DNA from: the human T2T-CHM13v2.0 reference genome, Homo sapiens
Strand: one strand, 5' to 3'
Length of the DNA: 64,000 nucleotides
Assembly: GCF_009914755.1 (NCBI RefSeq)
Contig: NC_060942.1
In this document: positions 1-13,800 of the stretch, piece by piece
How positions within the stretch are numbered: position 1 is the stretch's first letter
How the letters are laid out: each line of letters starts with the position of its first letter
Translations under genes and position numbers: made by a program
Notes under the pieces: generated by a model
Seen by the model: only the letters and a program-made list of their open reading frames with translations
What the model was told of the DNA's origin: nothing
The model's database searches: none

Positions 1-1201
1 CAACAAATTAGGTATAGAAGGAATGTTCCTCACAAAATAAAGGCTATTTATGCAAAGCCCACAGCTAACATGATACTTAATGGTAAAAAGTTGAAAGTTT
101 TTTCTCTAAAATCAGGAACAAGACGAGGAAGCACATTCTCACCATTTCTGTTCCGCATAGTCCTGGAAGTCCTAGCCAGAGCAATTAGGCAAAAGAAAGA
201 AATAAAAAGACATCCAAATAGAAGAGAATGAAGTGAAATTGTCTCTGTAAATGACATGATCTAATATATAGAAAATTCTAAAGACTCTTCCAAAAAAACT
301 ATTAGAACTGATACATGAATTCAATAGTTTCATGATACAAAATCACCTTACAAAAATTAGTACCATTTCTATATGCTAACAATGAACTGTCTGGAAGAGA
401 AATTAAGAAAACAATTTCATTTACAATAGCATCAAAAAATAAAATAAAGTAGGAGTAAATTTAACCAAAGAAATGAAAGACTCTTATACTAAAAACTGAT
501 GAAAGAAATTGAAGATGACACAAATGGAAAGATACCCTGTGTTCATGAATTGAAAGCATTAATATTATTAAAATGTCCACAGCAACCACAGCAATCTACA
601 GATTCAATGCAACCCTTATCAAAATTCCAATGTTCATTCTGCAGAGAAATTTTAAAAATCCAAAAATTTATATGGAAACAAAAAACACTTCGAATAGCCA
701 AAGCAATTCTTGCCAAAAAGAAAAAGCTGGAGGTATCACTCTACCACATTTCAAAATATATTACAATGCTGTAGTAATCAAAATAACATGGTACCAGCAC
801 AAAAACAAACACATAGACCAATGGAATAGAATAGAGAGCCCAAAAATAAACCCATAGATTAACTGAGTTTCACAAAGGTACAACACAATGTGGAATGGAC
901 AGTCTCTTCAATAAATGGTGTTGGGAAAACTGGATATTTATATACAGCGGAATGAAAATGGACCCTCATCTCACCCCCTATACAAGAATCAACACAAAAT
1001 GGATTAAAGACTTAAATGTAAGGCATAAAACTATAAAGCTACTAGAAGGAAACATGAGAGAAAAGCTCCCTGGTATTGGTCTGGGCAGTGATTTCTTAAA
1101 TATAACCCCAAAAGCACAAGCAATAAGAGCAAAATTAGACAAATGAGATTGCGAAAAACTAAAAAGCTTCTGTATAGCAAGGAAAACAATCAATAGAATA
1201 T

Positions 1202-1480
<279 letters not shown>

Positions 1481-2184
1481 TTAATAGAATGAAGAGACAA
1501 CCTACAGAGTGGGAGAAAATATTTGCAAATTATGCATCTGATAAAAAGCTAACATCCAAAATATACAAGGAACTCAAACTACTCAATAATAAGAAAATAA
1601 ATAACCCTATTAAAAAATGAGCAGAAGACTTAAATAGACATTTCTCAAAAGAAGACACACAAATAGCCAACAGGGATATGAAAAAAATGTTCAAAACCTA
1701 TAATCATAAAATAAATGCAAATTAAAAATATCACCTCACACCTGTTAGATTGGCAATTATCAAGTAGATGAAAGATAAATGTTGACAAGAAAAGGGAACG
1801 TTATGAACTTTTGGTGGCATTGTAAGTACAGTCATTTTGGATAACAGTGTGGAGGATCCTGAAAAAAACTGAAAGTAAAATTACCATATAATCTAGCAAT
1901 CTCACTACTGAATATATAACCACAGGAATTGAAATCAGGATGTCAAAAGAGATGCCTACACTCCCATGTTCATTGCAACATTATTCACAATAGCCAAGGT
2001 ATAGAAACAACCTGTGCCTAACAATGGATCAATGGATTTTTTAAATGTGGTACATATACACAAAGGAACTCTATTCAACCTTAAAGAAAAAAAATTAATA
2101 ATTCTGACACTTATAACAACATGAATAAACCTAGAGGACATTACATTAAGTGAAGTAAGCCAGGCACAAAGAGACAAATGCCAT

Positions 2185-2424
2185 ATGATCAGATCAGGCT
2201 AATTAGTATGTCCATCACCTCAAATATATATCATTTACTTGTGATGAAAACATTAAAAATTCTTTTTAGCTATTTTAAAATACATAATACATTATAATTA
2301 ACCATAGACTTCATGTTGTGCAATATAACATCAACACTTACTCCTCTTATTGGTAAACCAAAAAGTATCTGAGACAGATCTCAATCAATGTAGAGGTTTA
2401 TTTTGCCAAGGTTAAGGACATGTG
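2185..2424 (-). repeat. Inverted local duplicate of 3226-3466 (MER4 LTR end plus L1 3' UTR)
   Basis: The reverse complement aligns by hand to 3226-3466 at about 85% identity, including the LTR/L1 junction. Confidence 0.9.
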
Positions 2425-2644
2425 TAACATCCTTAATATAATGTCCTCCAATAAACCTAGAAGACATTACACTAACTGAAATAACCTAATCCAGGCCCAA
2501 AGAGACAAGGGTCATACATGAAATCTAAAGAAATGAAACCCATAGAAGTATAGAGAGTAGAATGGTGGTTACCAGAGGATGGGGGTAGGGTTGAATGGGA
2601 AAAGGGGAGTTGTTGGTCAATGGGTACAACGTTTCATTTAGATA

Positions 2645-3298
2645 TGTGAAAGGAAAATAAATCCTGGGACCCATAAATCACTAAGCCAAAGGGAAAAGTC
2701 AAGCTGAGAACTGCATCAGGCAAACCTGTCTTCCATTTTATTCCTAAATAAGATAACTACAAAGATTTTAAAGAGCCACATACCTCCCTCACAAGTTGCC
2801 CATTAGGAAATTCCTTGTAGGCATCAAAATCTTTACCCTAATAGTTCCGTTGAATTTCACCCTGATGGTGTAAATTGATAGCTTATCTTCACAGGTACAG
2901 GACAAAGGACAGAACTCAAAGTCATCCCTCTGCTCACCTGAGACAAATGCATTATGTGATTACTTCTTCTGCCCTATGTTTATTTTACCTTATGTAGAAA
3001 TGCAGACTCACTGAGCTAGATAAATGCATAAGTGACTTTTCCTCTTCCTGCCCTCTCACATAAGAAGGACTGATCAAAGACTCAAAAAGAAAGCAACCAT
3101 TTGCATCTTATCTACCTCCACCTTTTAAAAATATTTTCCTCTTTCCTCAACATCCACCCTTTTCCCTTTAAATATTGAAGCATTCAAAATCATCTTTGGA
3201 AAAAGGCATAGTCCTCTCTCCCAGGCATGCATCCTTATCCATGGCAAAATAAATGTCTAAATTAATTGAGACCAGTCTCAGGTACTTTTTGGTTTACA
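2645..3298 (+). mobile_element. MER4-family solo LTR (ERV1)
   Basis: Starts tgtgaaaggaaaataaat..cactaagccaaagggaaaagtcaagctg and ends ggtttaca. 4-bp TSD gata/aata. Confidence 0.85.
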
Positions 3299-3609
3299 AA
3301 TAAAAGGAATAAGTGCTGGTGTTATATTGCACAACATGGTGACTATAGTTAATTATAATGTATTAAATATTTTAAAATAGCTAAAAGAGAAATTTACATG
3401 TTTTCATCACAAATAAGTGATACATATTTGAAGTGACGGATATACTAATTAGAATGATCCGATCATTCCACAAGGTTTACATGTATCAAGACATCACATT
3501 GTACCCCATAAACATATACAATTATTATTTGTCAATTAAAAATAAAATAAAACAAATAATTTTTTAAATTTATAAAACAAACACTAAATTAGCAAAAACT
3601 GAAACACTG

Positions 3610-3777
3610 CCCTTAGGAAAATACATATATTAAACATATATATATTAAGTGATGGATATATCCCATATATATAAAGTGATAGGATGCATGTATCCATTAT
3701 TTAACATATATATGTATATTATATATATATATATATATACAATGTACATATATATTTCCCCCTAGGGAAATATGTAT
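3610..3777. repeat. (TA)n-rich imperfect palindrome
   Basis: Arms 3634-3661 and 3688-3715 are complementary at 24/28. TA run around 3720-3739. Confidence 0.75.
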
Positions 3778-3827
3778 CATATATTATCATCACATTGTCC
3801 CTACTGTCTCCATCTTCTGGTCACCTC

Positions 3828-4035
3828 TGTATGACAGCTAAAACAAGAAGGTGGAGCAATGCCTAAATCAACCTCGGCTGGGAACATGTACCTCCGGCAA
3901 TTAAATTTTTCACTATCGTGCACGTCTTTGAATGGCCACAAAAACATTGCAAATACTGATTTGGAGCTACAAATAATTTTAATATGTAAGCAAATTCACA
4001 AATACGGAATCTACAAATAATGAGACTAAACTGTA
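3828..4035. mobile_element. TcMar-Tigger DNA transposon terminal fragment (MER82-like)
   Basis: Ends ...gcaaattcacaaatacggaatctacaaataatgagactaaactg|ta, a Tigger-type TIR followed by TA. Confidence 0.65.
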
Positions 4036-4044
4036 TCTGAATAG

Positions 4045-4920
4045 GGTCTATTATTCAGGATAAGGAATGGTACAACTCAACTGTGAAAAGACAAGCCAAT
4101 TAAAAAATGGGTAATCGTCTTAAATAGACATTTCTCCAAAAAAAGATATACAAATGGCCAAGTACATAAAAATGATGCTCAATATCATTAGTCATTAGGG
4201 AAATACAAATCAAAACCACAATGAGATCTCATTTTACATCCACTAGAATGGATATTTTTTTTTAACTACAAGTTTTGACAAGGACGTGGAGAAATTGGAG
4301 CCCTTGTACATTGTTGGTAGGAGTGCAAAATGGTGCAGCCACTGTAGAAAATGGTTTGATAGTTCCTCAAAAAGTTAAACAAGCAATGACCATATGACCC
4401 AGCAATTTCACCCCAATATCAGCCCAAAAGAATTAAAAACAGATATTCAAACAAAAACTGCAGCATTATTTGCAACAGCCAAAAGATAGAAACAACACAA
4501 ATGTCCATAAACAGAAGAATGGAGAAACAAAACATGCTCTATCTATACAATGAAATATGCAGCCATAAAATGAGTGAAGTACTGATAAATACTACAACAG
4601 AAATGAATCTCAAAAACATTATACTAAGAGAAAGAAGCTAGACACAAATGTCACATATTGTATGATTTCCTTTAGGTAAAATATTCAGAATAGGTAAATC
4701 CATAGAGACAGAAACATATTAGTGATTTCCAGGGATTGAGGTGGGGGTAGATGGGGTGTGACTGCTTCATGGGTAAAGGGTTTCCTTTGGGGATGATAAA
4801 AATTACTTGGAACTAGATAGAGATGATGACTACAGAAATGTAGAAGTACTAAATACCACTGAACTGTATGGTTTAAAATGTTTAATTATATGTTATGTAA
4901 ACTTTACCTCCAAAAAAAAT
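4045..4920 (+). mobile_element. L1MB-like 3' end
   Basis: ORF2 C-terminal region (aatagacatttctccaaa, caaaaccacaatgagat) and an L1MB-type 3' UTR. Confidence 0.85.
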
Positions 4921-5599
4921 GCATCACTAAAAAAATGCTGAATGGGAGCCCTTGAGACTGCGACTGATTTATAAATATTTGGAATATTTCCATTGAACGT
5001 GGATCTGGTTTTGAATTTATAATGAGAACTCAAGTTATATATGCTAATAAATTATTCTTATGACCTATATTTTAAGATACAAAGGAGATTTCTGTTATTT
5101 TAATTGTCCCCAAACTGATCCAAGTATATATTTTCAATATACTCTTTTAAAAGGAGTACACCGCGTCTTCAGGATAAGACAAACATTTATCTCACTTTCA
5201 TTTCATAACCTTAATAAATACATGCATTTTTCTAATAAATCTAAAATATATCAATAGCATATATTAAAATGTATGTATAATGTTAGGAACTAATAAATTT
5301 ATTTCATGCCTCACAAAGCACTAGCTAAAAAATTCAAAACACTTGAAGATATTTAAGAAAAAAACACAATAAAGTTTTTGTTTTCCTTCTAGGTGACATT
5401 GAGTTCATTTAGAAGACAAACAGTTAAATTCTTCACCCACATAGGCAGCATCAATTTAGCTGAATTTCTAGAGAAAGACTAAAGAAGCAAACTCTTTATG
5501 GCTCTTATGTTGAAGTTAATAAACTTATTCCTAAAGCTGGATAGAATAGAAATAATAGAAATAATTGGTCCCTAAGATATAAAAGCTACAGCCTACACT

Positions 5600-6134
5600 C
5601 GGTTAACCTCTTCTTTCTCCTTCCTCGTAGAACCAAAATTGTTAATAGCTGTTAAACCCACTCTTTTTCCCAGAAACCCCATACATCTCAAGCGAAGTCT
5701 ACCTCAGCTTTAGGGGTGGACTTGACAACTATAGGTGACCTCAAACCTCTTGCCAGTAATTTCTTCAGGAATGGTTACATGACTTACACCGAGCAAATGG
5801 TATAGGGGAGTGGTTTACTGGAAGTGTCTAGGAAAATTCTTCCTAACTCTTCTGAGAAATTTTTCTAAAACAACCTCCCCTCCCTTTGCTTGAACACTGC
5901 CAAGCATGGATATGAGGCCATATATCTACAGACATCTTACCAGCCTCAGGATGAAGCCAACATACAGAGAAGTATAAACACCAAGACTCCTGAAAAAGAG
6001 AAATGAAGCCCAAATCATGGAAATCCTGACCAATACCTCATATCCAAATATTCCATTAAGTTAGAGAATACTTTTTTTTATTTTTAAATATGAGTTGGGT
6101 TTCTATTAAAACTGAAAGAATGTTAACAGATACA
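5600..6134 (+). mobile_element. Old MaLR LTR (MLT1J/K-like)
   Basis: MLT1-type motifs and end (gagttgggtttctatt..aacagataca). Highly diverged. Confidence 0.5.
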
Positions 6135-6364
6135 AAGGTTTAGGGCAAGCTTGCCTTCTCACAATTACTAAATTATGCACTATTAAATTCATTGTTTTTT
6201 GTTAAGATACTCTCTTCAAAGAGCCCATGTTTAAATGGAATATTTAGTAGATTAAGGCATATCTCTTGACTAAAATCTTAGTACATTATCATTGGCACCT
6301 ACTAGAAAGAACACACTTGTCAGATTGATAGTTATCATCAAGAAACAGGGATTTTTTTTCATTA

Positions 6365-7390
6365 ATTAAGCATTACTTTTAAACATAGTATTTATTGAGT
6401 GCCTACAATGTGCCCAATCATACTCTAGGCAATGAAAATACAGTAATGAACAAAACACACAAAAATCCTTGCCCTCATGAAGCTTACATGCTGGAGGGGG
6501 AAACATACAATGACATATTTATAAAATATATAGTATGCCAGATGGTGGTAAGTGTTAAGAAGTAAAATCATACAGACCAGAGAGATAGAGAGTCTGAGGA
6601 TGAAAAGACAATCTAATCTCAAAAAGAGAGTCAAGGAAAGCCTCACTTCTTGTTCACATTTGAGCAAATGCCTGCAGGAAGTTAGAGAGCAAGAGCATCG
6701 CTGGGGATAGGGAGATAGCTACAGGCAAAGAGAAGAGGGTGTGTGAAATGCCCTGGAAGTGGAGATGGAAGACTTCCTGCTGTTTCCTGTATGGGGAATA
6801 GCAAGGAATGCAACAAAGCTGGGCTGCAGTGAGAAGGGAGAGTAGTGAAGATGGCATTAGAGAGGGGAACATGGGGCCATTGGCACTTAAAAGAGAAAGC
6901 AGACCAGTATCAAGTGCTGTAATATGCAAGTTATTAGAAGAGGTCTGGGTCCAGGTATACTTTGAAGATAGAGCCAACAGGATGTGTTGGTGAATCAGAT
7001 GTGAGGTATAAGAGAAATATATCAGTCAAAAACAACGGCTCAAAGTTTTTCGACGTGAGCATCTGGGAAGATAGTGCTGGTAACTGAAAAGAATGTTATG
7101 GCAGAACAAACTTCTTTGGCTATGGGGAGGAGGCAGTACATTTGAGGGAGCCCGAATGTGTATTTGGACTTACTAAATTTGAGCTTCCTGTTAGATATCC
7201 GAATGGAGATGTCAAAAAAATCTGTTGATCCTAGGAGGCAGGATTCTGGAGTTCAGAGAAGAGCTCCAGATTAGAGTTGTAAATTTAGAAGTTGTCAGTG
7301 TTTTGTTGGTATTTAAAAGCATGAAGTTTGATGAAATTATCTGGAAAGTAGAGGTAGAGTATGAAAATAAGAGATCCGAGGTCTGGGCCC
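6365..7390 (-). mobile_element. L2 3' region
   Basis: tatttattgagtgcctacaatgtgcc..ccttgccctcatgaagcttaca is the L2 3' end in reverse orientation. Confidence 0.8.
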
Positions 7391-8671
7391 CACGACGACG
7401 TGATGCAAGAAAAAGTTTATTTATGTTGAGGAGAGAGGCTCATAAAATGCTGTTGCAACAGAGAAAGGATCCCTATTTCCATCTAGCCCCAAAGCTATGA
7501 GGAACAGGAATAAAGGAGATGGCACCAACATATGCCTAAATGGTTGTATGTCTTTCATTATCCCATCCGGGAAGTATATTAACATGGTCTGTAAAGTTCC
7601 AATGAAGGTTTGATTTTGTGAATGGGTCCGTTTGCTGAAAGTAACAGTAAGCCCAGACTCAAACTGGAATAAATGATAAGGTGACAGTTAACCTCACATG
7701 ACAGTGAACCTGAAGGAAGAGCAGACCGAGGAGCAGGCACATGGCTCACCTCTGCCTCCCTGTGGTTCTCCTGCCCCTGCTGCCCCACATTGACTTAGGC
7801 ATCAGAAAACCACCAAGATGGTCACAGCTGTTTCTGGCCTCAGAGCAATAGCAGAAAAGCAGATCTGCTCTTTGAATGTCTCAGAGCAAAATGAGTCAGA
7901 ACCGGTGAGGAGCTAGAGAGCTTTACTTCAATGAATAGGTCACATAGAAGTTGACAACTTAATCAAGAAGGAAGCAATTCAAAAGTGATATTCAGCGATG
8001 TCCTTGAGCTCATTACATACAGAGTACATTTTTCAAGTACTTTTGCATTGCCTTTCTCTCTTCTATTATTTGCCTTCACATAGCCAACCTCTCAAGGACA
8101 TTAACAAATTCTTTCAAACCCTTTCTCTTAGTTTTCTCCCCTATGGGCCTTCATCTGCTTCCTCAAATTTAAACCAGTTGCTTTCTGGTCCAGCTGCACA
8201 ACTATCATTATGGGGATAATGTACTTTGTTACACCCCTGGATATATTTCTTGAATCCCACAAGGAAATCTTTCCTAGAAAGCTTCAGTAGGACATCTCTT
8301 CATACTTCATCGGTCAAAATTAGATCCTCTGCCTACTTCTATACCAACTAATGGCAAGAAGACAGGATGACCGTCACTAGAAAAATAAAGGTCCCTTTGA
8401 CCTAGAGATAGGATTCCTCCCTGAGGAGCCGATGTCTAGAGAAATCAGGATTTTATTGTCAACAAGAAAGAAGGAATTGGATGCTGGGTATGAAGCCAAC
8501 GGTATCTGATTCAATGATGAATAGAAAACTCTATTTAAAGCACACAAAAGGAGCAGTGAGTTGTAAAAAGAAGAAAATATAATTGCAAAACTAAAAAGCC
8601 ATCCATTTGATTTCACAAGTTGTTGTTCATGAAATATGAAATAGCTAGAAGATTGATTGATTAGGATTTTT

Positions 8672-8988
8672 CTTTCTTTTTCTTTTTTTTTTTTTTTTTT
8701 TTTTTTGAGACGGGGTCTCACTCTGTTGCCAGGCTGGAGTGCGGTGGTACAATCTCGGCTCATTGCAACCTCCACCTCCTGGGCTAAAGCGATTCTAGTG
8801 CCTCAACCTCTCGAGTAGCTGGGATTACAGGCACGAGCCACCATATCCAGCTAATTTTTTTTTTATTTTTAGTAGAGATGAGGTTTCACTATGTTGGACA
8901 GGATGGCCTTGATCTCCTGACCTCGTGATCCACCCACCTCAGTCTCCCAAAGTGCTGGGACTACAGGAGTGAGCCACCGCGTCTGGCC
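8672..8988 (-). mobile_element. AluSc-like
   Basis: Full Alu with polyT. 14-bp TSD tgattaggattttt (8658-8671 and 8989-9002). Confidence 0.95.
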
Positions 8989-9141
8989 TGATTAGGATTT
9001 TTAAAATCACTTCTAGCACCAACATTTTGACTTAAATACTATTTTGATAAAATCATGTGAATTGCTATTAAACACCAAAAAATATCACCACTTTATTTTG
9101 AGAAATCTTAGTACTTTAATGATAGCCATTTTTGGACATAA

Positions 9142-9465
<324 letters not shown>

Positions 9466-10874
9466 AGTTGCATATTTTAAACATTACATTGTTCATGCCA
9501 GGTAAATGTAAAACCAAGCTTCAATTGAAAGTAATCTGATGGGTTTCAGACTATAAATTACTTAGTTTTATATCAGAAACAGTGAGCATCTGATTCTTAA
9601 AACGGAACTTAATGGAGTTACGATTAAAGTCAGTGTATGAACAGAGCCAGATTAATAGTAGATTAGGTAAATGGTGATCTCAGTCCCAAAGGCAGCTTGC
9701 AGTTTATCATATGTCTATATTTCCCTCTTTAAGTGAGAAAACTCTAAATTGATGTTTTTAAAGGCCGTAAGTCATCCCTCCAAATCTCTTCTCTTCTCAT
9801 CAACCATGTATCCTGGGTCCTGTACATTCTGACCTCCACTTCACTTCATTTGCCTCTAATTTGGTCTCTGTTGCATTCATTGCATTAAGAAGGCACAAAA
9901 ATACCACACATTTCGCATGTGCAGAATTGTCATTTCAATAGGAACCCTTCTCTCCTACAAAAATCAAGCTTCTATGAAGAAATATAGAAATATATGGTTC
10001 AGTTTACTCTTTCTGTCCCTGGCTAAATAATGACTAAATGTGATCTCCCATCCCTTTATAATTGATAGGCCGCTGACCTAAAATAAAAATCACTGCTATT
10101 GATTTTCTGTTGGACAAGGTTTATAGCTTGCTTGTTCTTGTGTGCTTTCGATTTATATGTGGCCATTTATTCCCCTGTTTTTTATTTGTGTTGGTTTTGT
10201 TAATAAAAAATCATTTTGTAAATAAGATTATCATTACTTATATCAATAATCAGGTTTCTCTAGTAATGAGGCTATCAGGTAATATACCAGTGTTCTTTCT
10301 CTCAGAGAAAATTATCTCTTACTCATTTTCACTTAGATTTGAAACATTCATCTCTTCTCAATTCTTTAAAGATAATTCCAAATTAATTATCAAGCTGCAC
10401 CAGGTAGAAGTAACAAAAATCCTTTAAAGGGAGAAAATAGATAAACCAATTGTTTCTTCATGAACTAATCAGCTAAAGTTCTTCTTTCATATTTCAAGTA
10501 GCCTTCTCAAGATCACAGCTGATATAATTCATAGGAACTATTACATCATTTTTCTTTGGAAGTTTGAAATAAAGAGTTGAAACCAGTTTCTGAGAGAAAC
10601 TACTGTTATCTGATAAAATAATTTATGAGGCAATAATGAGGGAAATGTTAATGAACATTCCCAGATTATGTACATCTAGCCTTCTTTCCTGAACCTTCCT
10701 GAGTGCAAATAGATCATGTATTACTGATTCCCTAGTAATGGATAAGTCATCATTAGGACCTAAGGTGTTCCAATGTGGAAATTGCTATTAATACTTTTGG
10801 CATCCTATATTAAATGTGTTCTTTAATAGAATGATTACTTCTTATTTATATAAAAAATACCTTATCATTATTTT

Positions 10875-11180
10875 TATTATTATTATTTTTTTAAGACAGA
10901 GTCTTGTTCTATTGCCCAGGCTGAAGTGCAGTGGCAACATCACAGCTCACTGCAACCTCCACCTCCTGGGTTCAAGCGATTCTCCTGCATGAGCCTCCTG
11001 AGTAGCTGAGACTCTAGGCATGCACCACCATGCCTGGCTAATTTTTGTATTTTTTTTTTAGTAGAGATCAGGTTTCACCATGTTGGGCAAGCTGGTCTTG
11101 AACTCCTGACCTCCCTTTGATCCACCTGCCTTGGCCTCCCAAGGTGCTGGGATAACTGGTGTGAGCCACCACGCCCAGCC
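10875..11180 (-). mobile_element. AluS
   Basis: Full Alu. TSD aaaatac(c/t)ttatcattatttt. Confidence 0.93.
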
Positions 11181-11535
11181 AAAATACTTTATCATTATTT
11201 AAAGCCCAAATACACTGACACGCATGGTCCCAATTTCTGAGCTTAAGAACAATTTAACCAAACTACAATTTCAAAGTAATGCATGATGCTAACAACATCA
11301 TAGTGTGAAAATGAAAGTGTTCCTTGGTAGCCTGAGACACAATGTCCTATCCAGACACAGGCACATGGAAAATAGGTATCAAAAGCAAGGCCTCTGTCAG
11401 TTGTGATGAAGGATTCTGCCCTTTGCAATAAACACAGTTGTCTGGCATGAGTCAGAAAAGTTGCTTTCTCCTGAACGACAGCACTAACCAGTTTGTCATC
11501 TTGCTAATGGCTAGTTCTCTTCACCATTCCATCAG

Positions 11536-11897
11536 TGATATGGTTTGGCTGTGTCCCCACCCAAATGTCATCTTGAATTGTAGCTCCCATAATTCCCACA
11601 TGTTGTGAGAGGGACCCAGTGGAAGATAATTGAATCACGGGAAGGGTTCCCCATACTGTTGCCCTGAAAGTGAAGAAGTCTCACGATATCTGATGGTTTA
11701 ACAAGGGGTTTCCACTTTTGCTTGGCTCTCATTCTCTTTTGCCGCCACCATGTTAAGAAGTGCCTTTTGCCTTCCACCAAGATTGTGAGGCCTCTCCAGC
11801 CGTGTAGAACTGTGAGTCCGTTAAGCCTCTTTTTCTTTACAAATTACCCAGTCTCGGGTATGTCTTTATCAACAGTGAATGTTGAATGATGAATACA
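11536..11897 (+). mobile_element. THE1B-like solo LTR (MaLR)
   Basis: tgatatggtttggctgtgtccccacccaaat...aataca. 5-bp TSD atcag/gtcag. Confidence 0.92.
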
Positions 11898-12459
11898 GTC
11901 AGTTTTGCTGAGTCTCATCTCTAAGGCTGTTGGAGGCTGCTGCACTGCTGCACTGCTCCACTGACTGTGGCCTGTCTCTGCGTGAGAGTCAGTGCAACTA
12001 TTCTAGGCTTAGTGACAGAGAACATGAACAATTCACTCTCCCCTCAATCCCAGTGCACAGAAGGGAGGAACTGGAGAAGTTTATTTCAGTTAATGAATCA
12101 CATAGAAGCTGATAACATAATCAAGAGAGAAGAGACAGAAACAATGATCCAGTGTTGCCCTTGGTCCAATTGAGGACTCAATATGTTTTTCCTGTTTTTA
12201 CTAACTGCCATTTCTTTTTCCTTATGTAGTCTGCCTTAACATAACTACTCCCTCAAGAACATTACCAAATTTCTTGAAACTCTCTCAGTTTTCCTCCTTT
12301 CTGGTCCTCTCTCTCCTTGCTCAAGCCTGAACCAATGGCTCTCAGGCTGACTGCCCAGCTGTCATCACAGGAACTTGCTTCATTCCTCTCCTGAGCAGGA
12401 TCAACTGTTTCCTCATTGCCATCTGTTGTTCTGGCTTGCTTTGCTCCTCATTTCACTCT

Positions 12460-12760
12460 AGTTCATCTTTAAGTAATTTCTTACGTAAGACTTAGGACTT
12501 AGGAAGTATGGTAGGTAACTTTCTGAGCCTTTGACCATCTGGAAATGTTGCTAACCTATTGTGCACTTGATTGTAAGATTGGCTGGGCATAGAATTCTAG
12601 GTTAAAATAATCTTCCTTCAGATTTTTTAAACTATGGCCTTGCTGTCCTCTGGTGCAAGATATACATGTTGAGAAATCAGATGCAGTTCCAACCTTCTTG
12701 TTGTTTTTCTCTGAAATTGTTCAGGAAATATTCTTTGCTCTTGATATTCTAGAACTGAAA
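12460..12760 (-). mobile_element. Old L1M fragment
   Basis: ttggctgggcatagaattctaggttaaaataat..gttgagaaatcagatgc is typical of reverse-strand L1M ORF1-region sequence. Confidence 0.55.
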
Positions 12761-13029
12761 GTGTCAATCTTACCCAACCTCTTCCCTGATTTAAGGAAAA
12801 CCCACTTCAAACAAACTTAGAGACTTCGAATCTTTCCAAAGTTTCATTAGAATGAGTTAGCTTCTGTTTAACACAGGACACCACAACAGAAATGTATCAT
12901 GGCATCTCTTTGGTGCTAAAAACATTGAAGAAATTGTGAAATTGCATTTTCAAAATTATGTGTTGTGGATAGAGTTATTATTTACCCAAGTATCCATTTT
13001 TATAAGTTGTTTCCTAAAACAAGCATCAA

Positions 13030-13800
13030 ACACTCACATAGCACTTACTATATATTATAAAACATTCTAAATACGTTACAGCTTGCTCTTACACCGTGTA
13101 ATTCTCATAACAGCCCTGTGAGAGAGCTTCTGTTATTATCTCTATTTTGGAGATGAGCAAACTGAGAACCAGAGGGGTTAAACTATTCATAAAGAAAACA
13201 CAGCTAGTGTAGAGTAAATACACCTTATAGCAATAACAAGCAAACCCTTAGAATGACCGTGTATGGCACATGCACCTGACTATGTGCTCTGAGCTAGGGA
13301 ATCCAGAAGTGGCCAACTCAGAGATACATTTGTTATCTATGAGAAACATCTGGCACCCCATTCACTGCCCCCCCACCCACTCACCCGCTGCCCACTGCCC
13401 CACCATCATCCTGTGGAATACAAGCTGTACAGGGGATTGAGGCCCTGAGTTTTGGGTTAAATGAAGGTTGCCAGGTGGAGGGTGTTAGGGCGGGTGTTGA
13501 ATGAAAATGCTGTATCAACTGCATGCTGTTTACAAGCAGTTGTGGTTTTCCTGCCCAGCCCACTGCCACTGAACTGCAGGAAGTGGGGTATGCTGTCCAG
13601 CCCACCACCATGGACTCTCTCCCCTGTATATAATCCCTTAGTATAAGCCATGTCTTGCTTTCTGGTTCTGGGTCTCTTCTTCCACCTCTTGAACCTGGTG
13701 CCTTCCCTAATGAGGTTAAGAGGGGTTCGGTACAACCGCTGGTAAATGGCTGATTCAGGATTTGCACCCAGGAAATCTTGCTGAGGAGACCATAAGCACT
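13030..13800 (-). mobile_element. MIR split by an LTR insertion
   Basis: MIR core (attttggagatgagcaaactgag..cacagctag) resumes after 13738 (gctggtaaatggctgattcaggatttgcaccc). Confidence 0.7.
13208..13737 (+). mobile_element. ERVL-type solo LTR (LTR32-like)
   Basis: TG start, about 530 bp, 5-bp TSD gctag/gctgg. Sequence resembles recalled LTR32 (cccttagaatgacc..ggggattgaggccctgagttttgggttaaatgaaggttgcc). Confidence 0.75.

Noticed and set aside
7391-7408. cacgacgacgtgatgcaa: CpG cluster plus ATF4/CEBP-like site
   Set aside because: Too short. A few such 8-mers are expected by chance in 64 kb.
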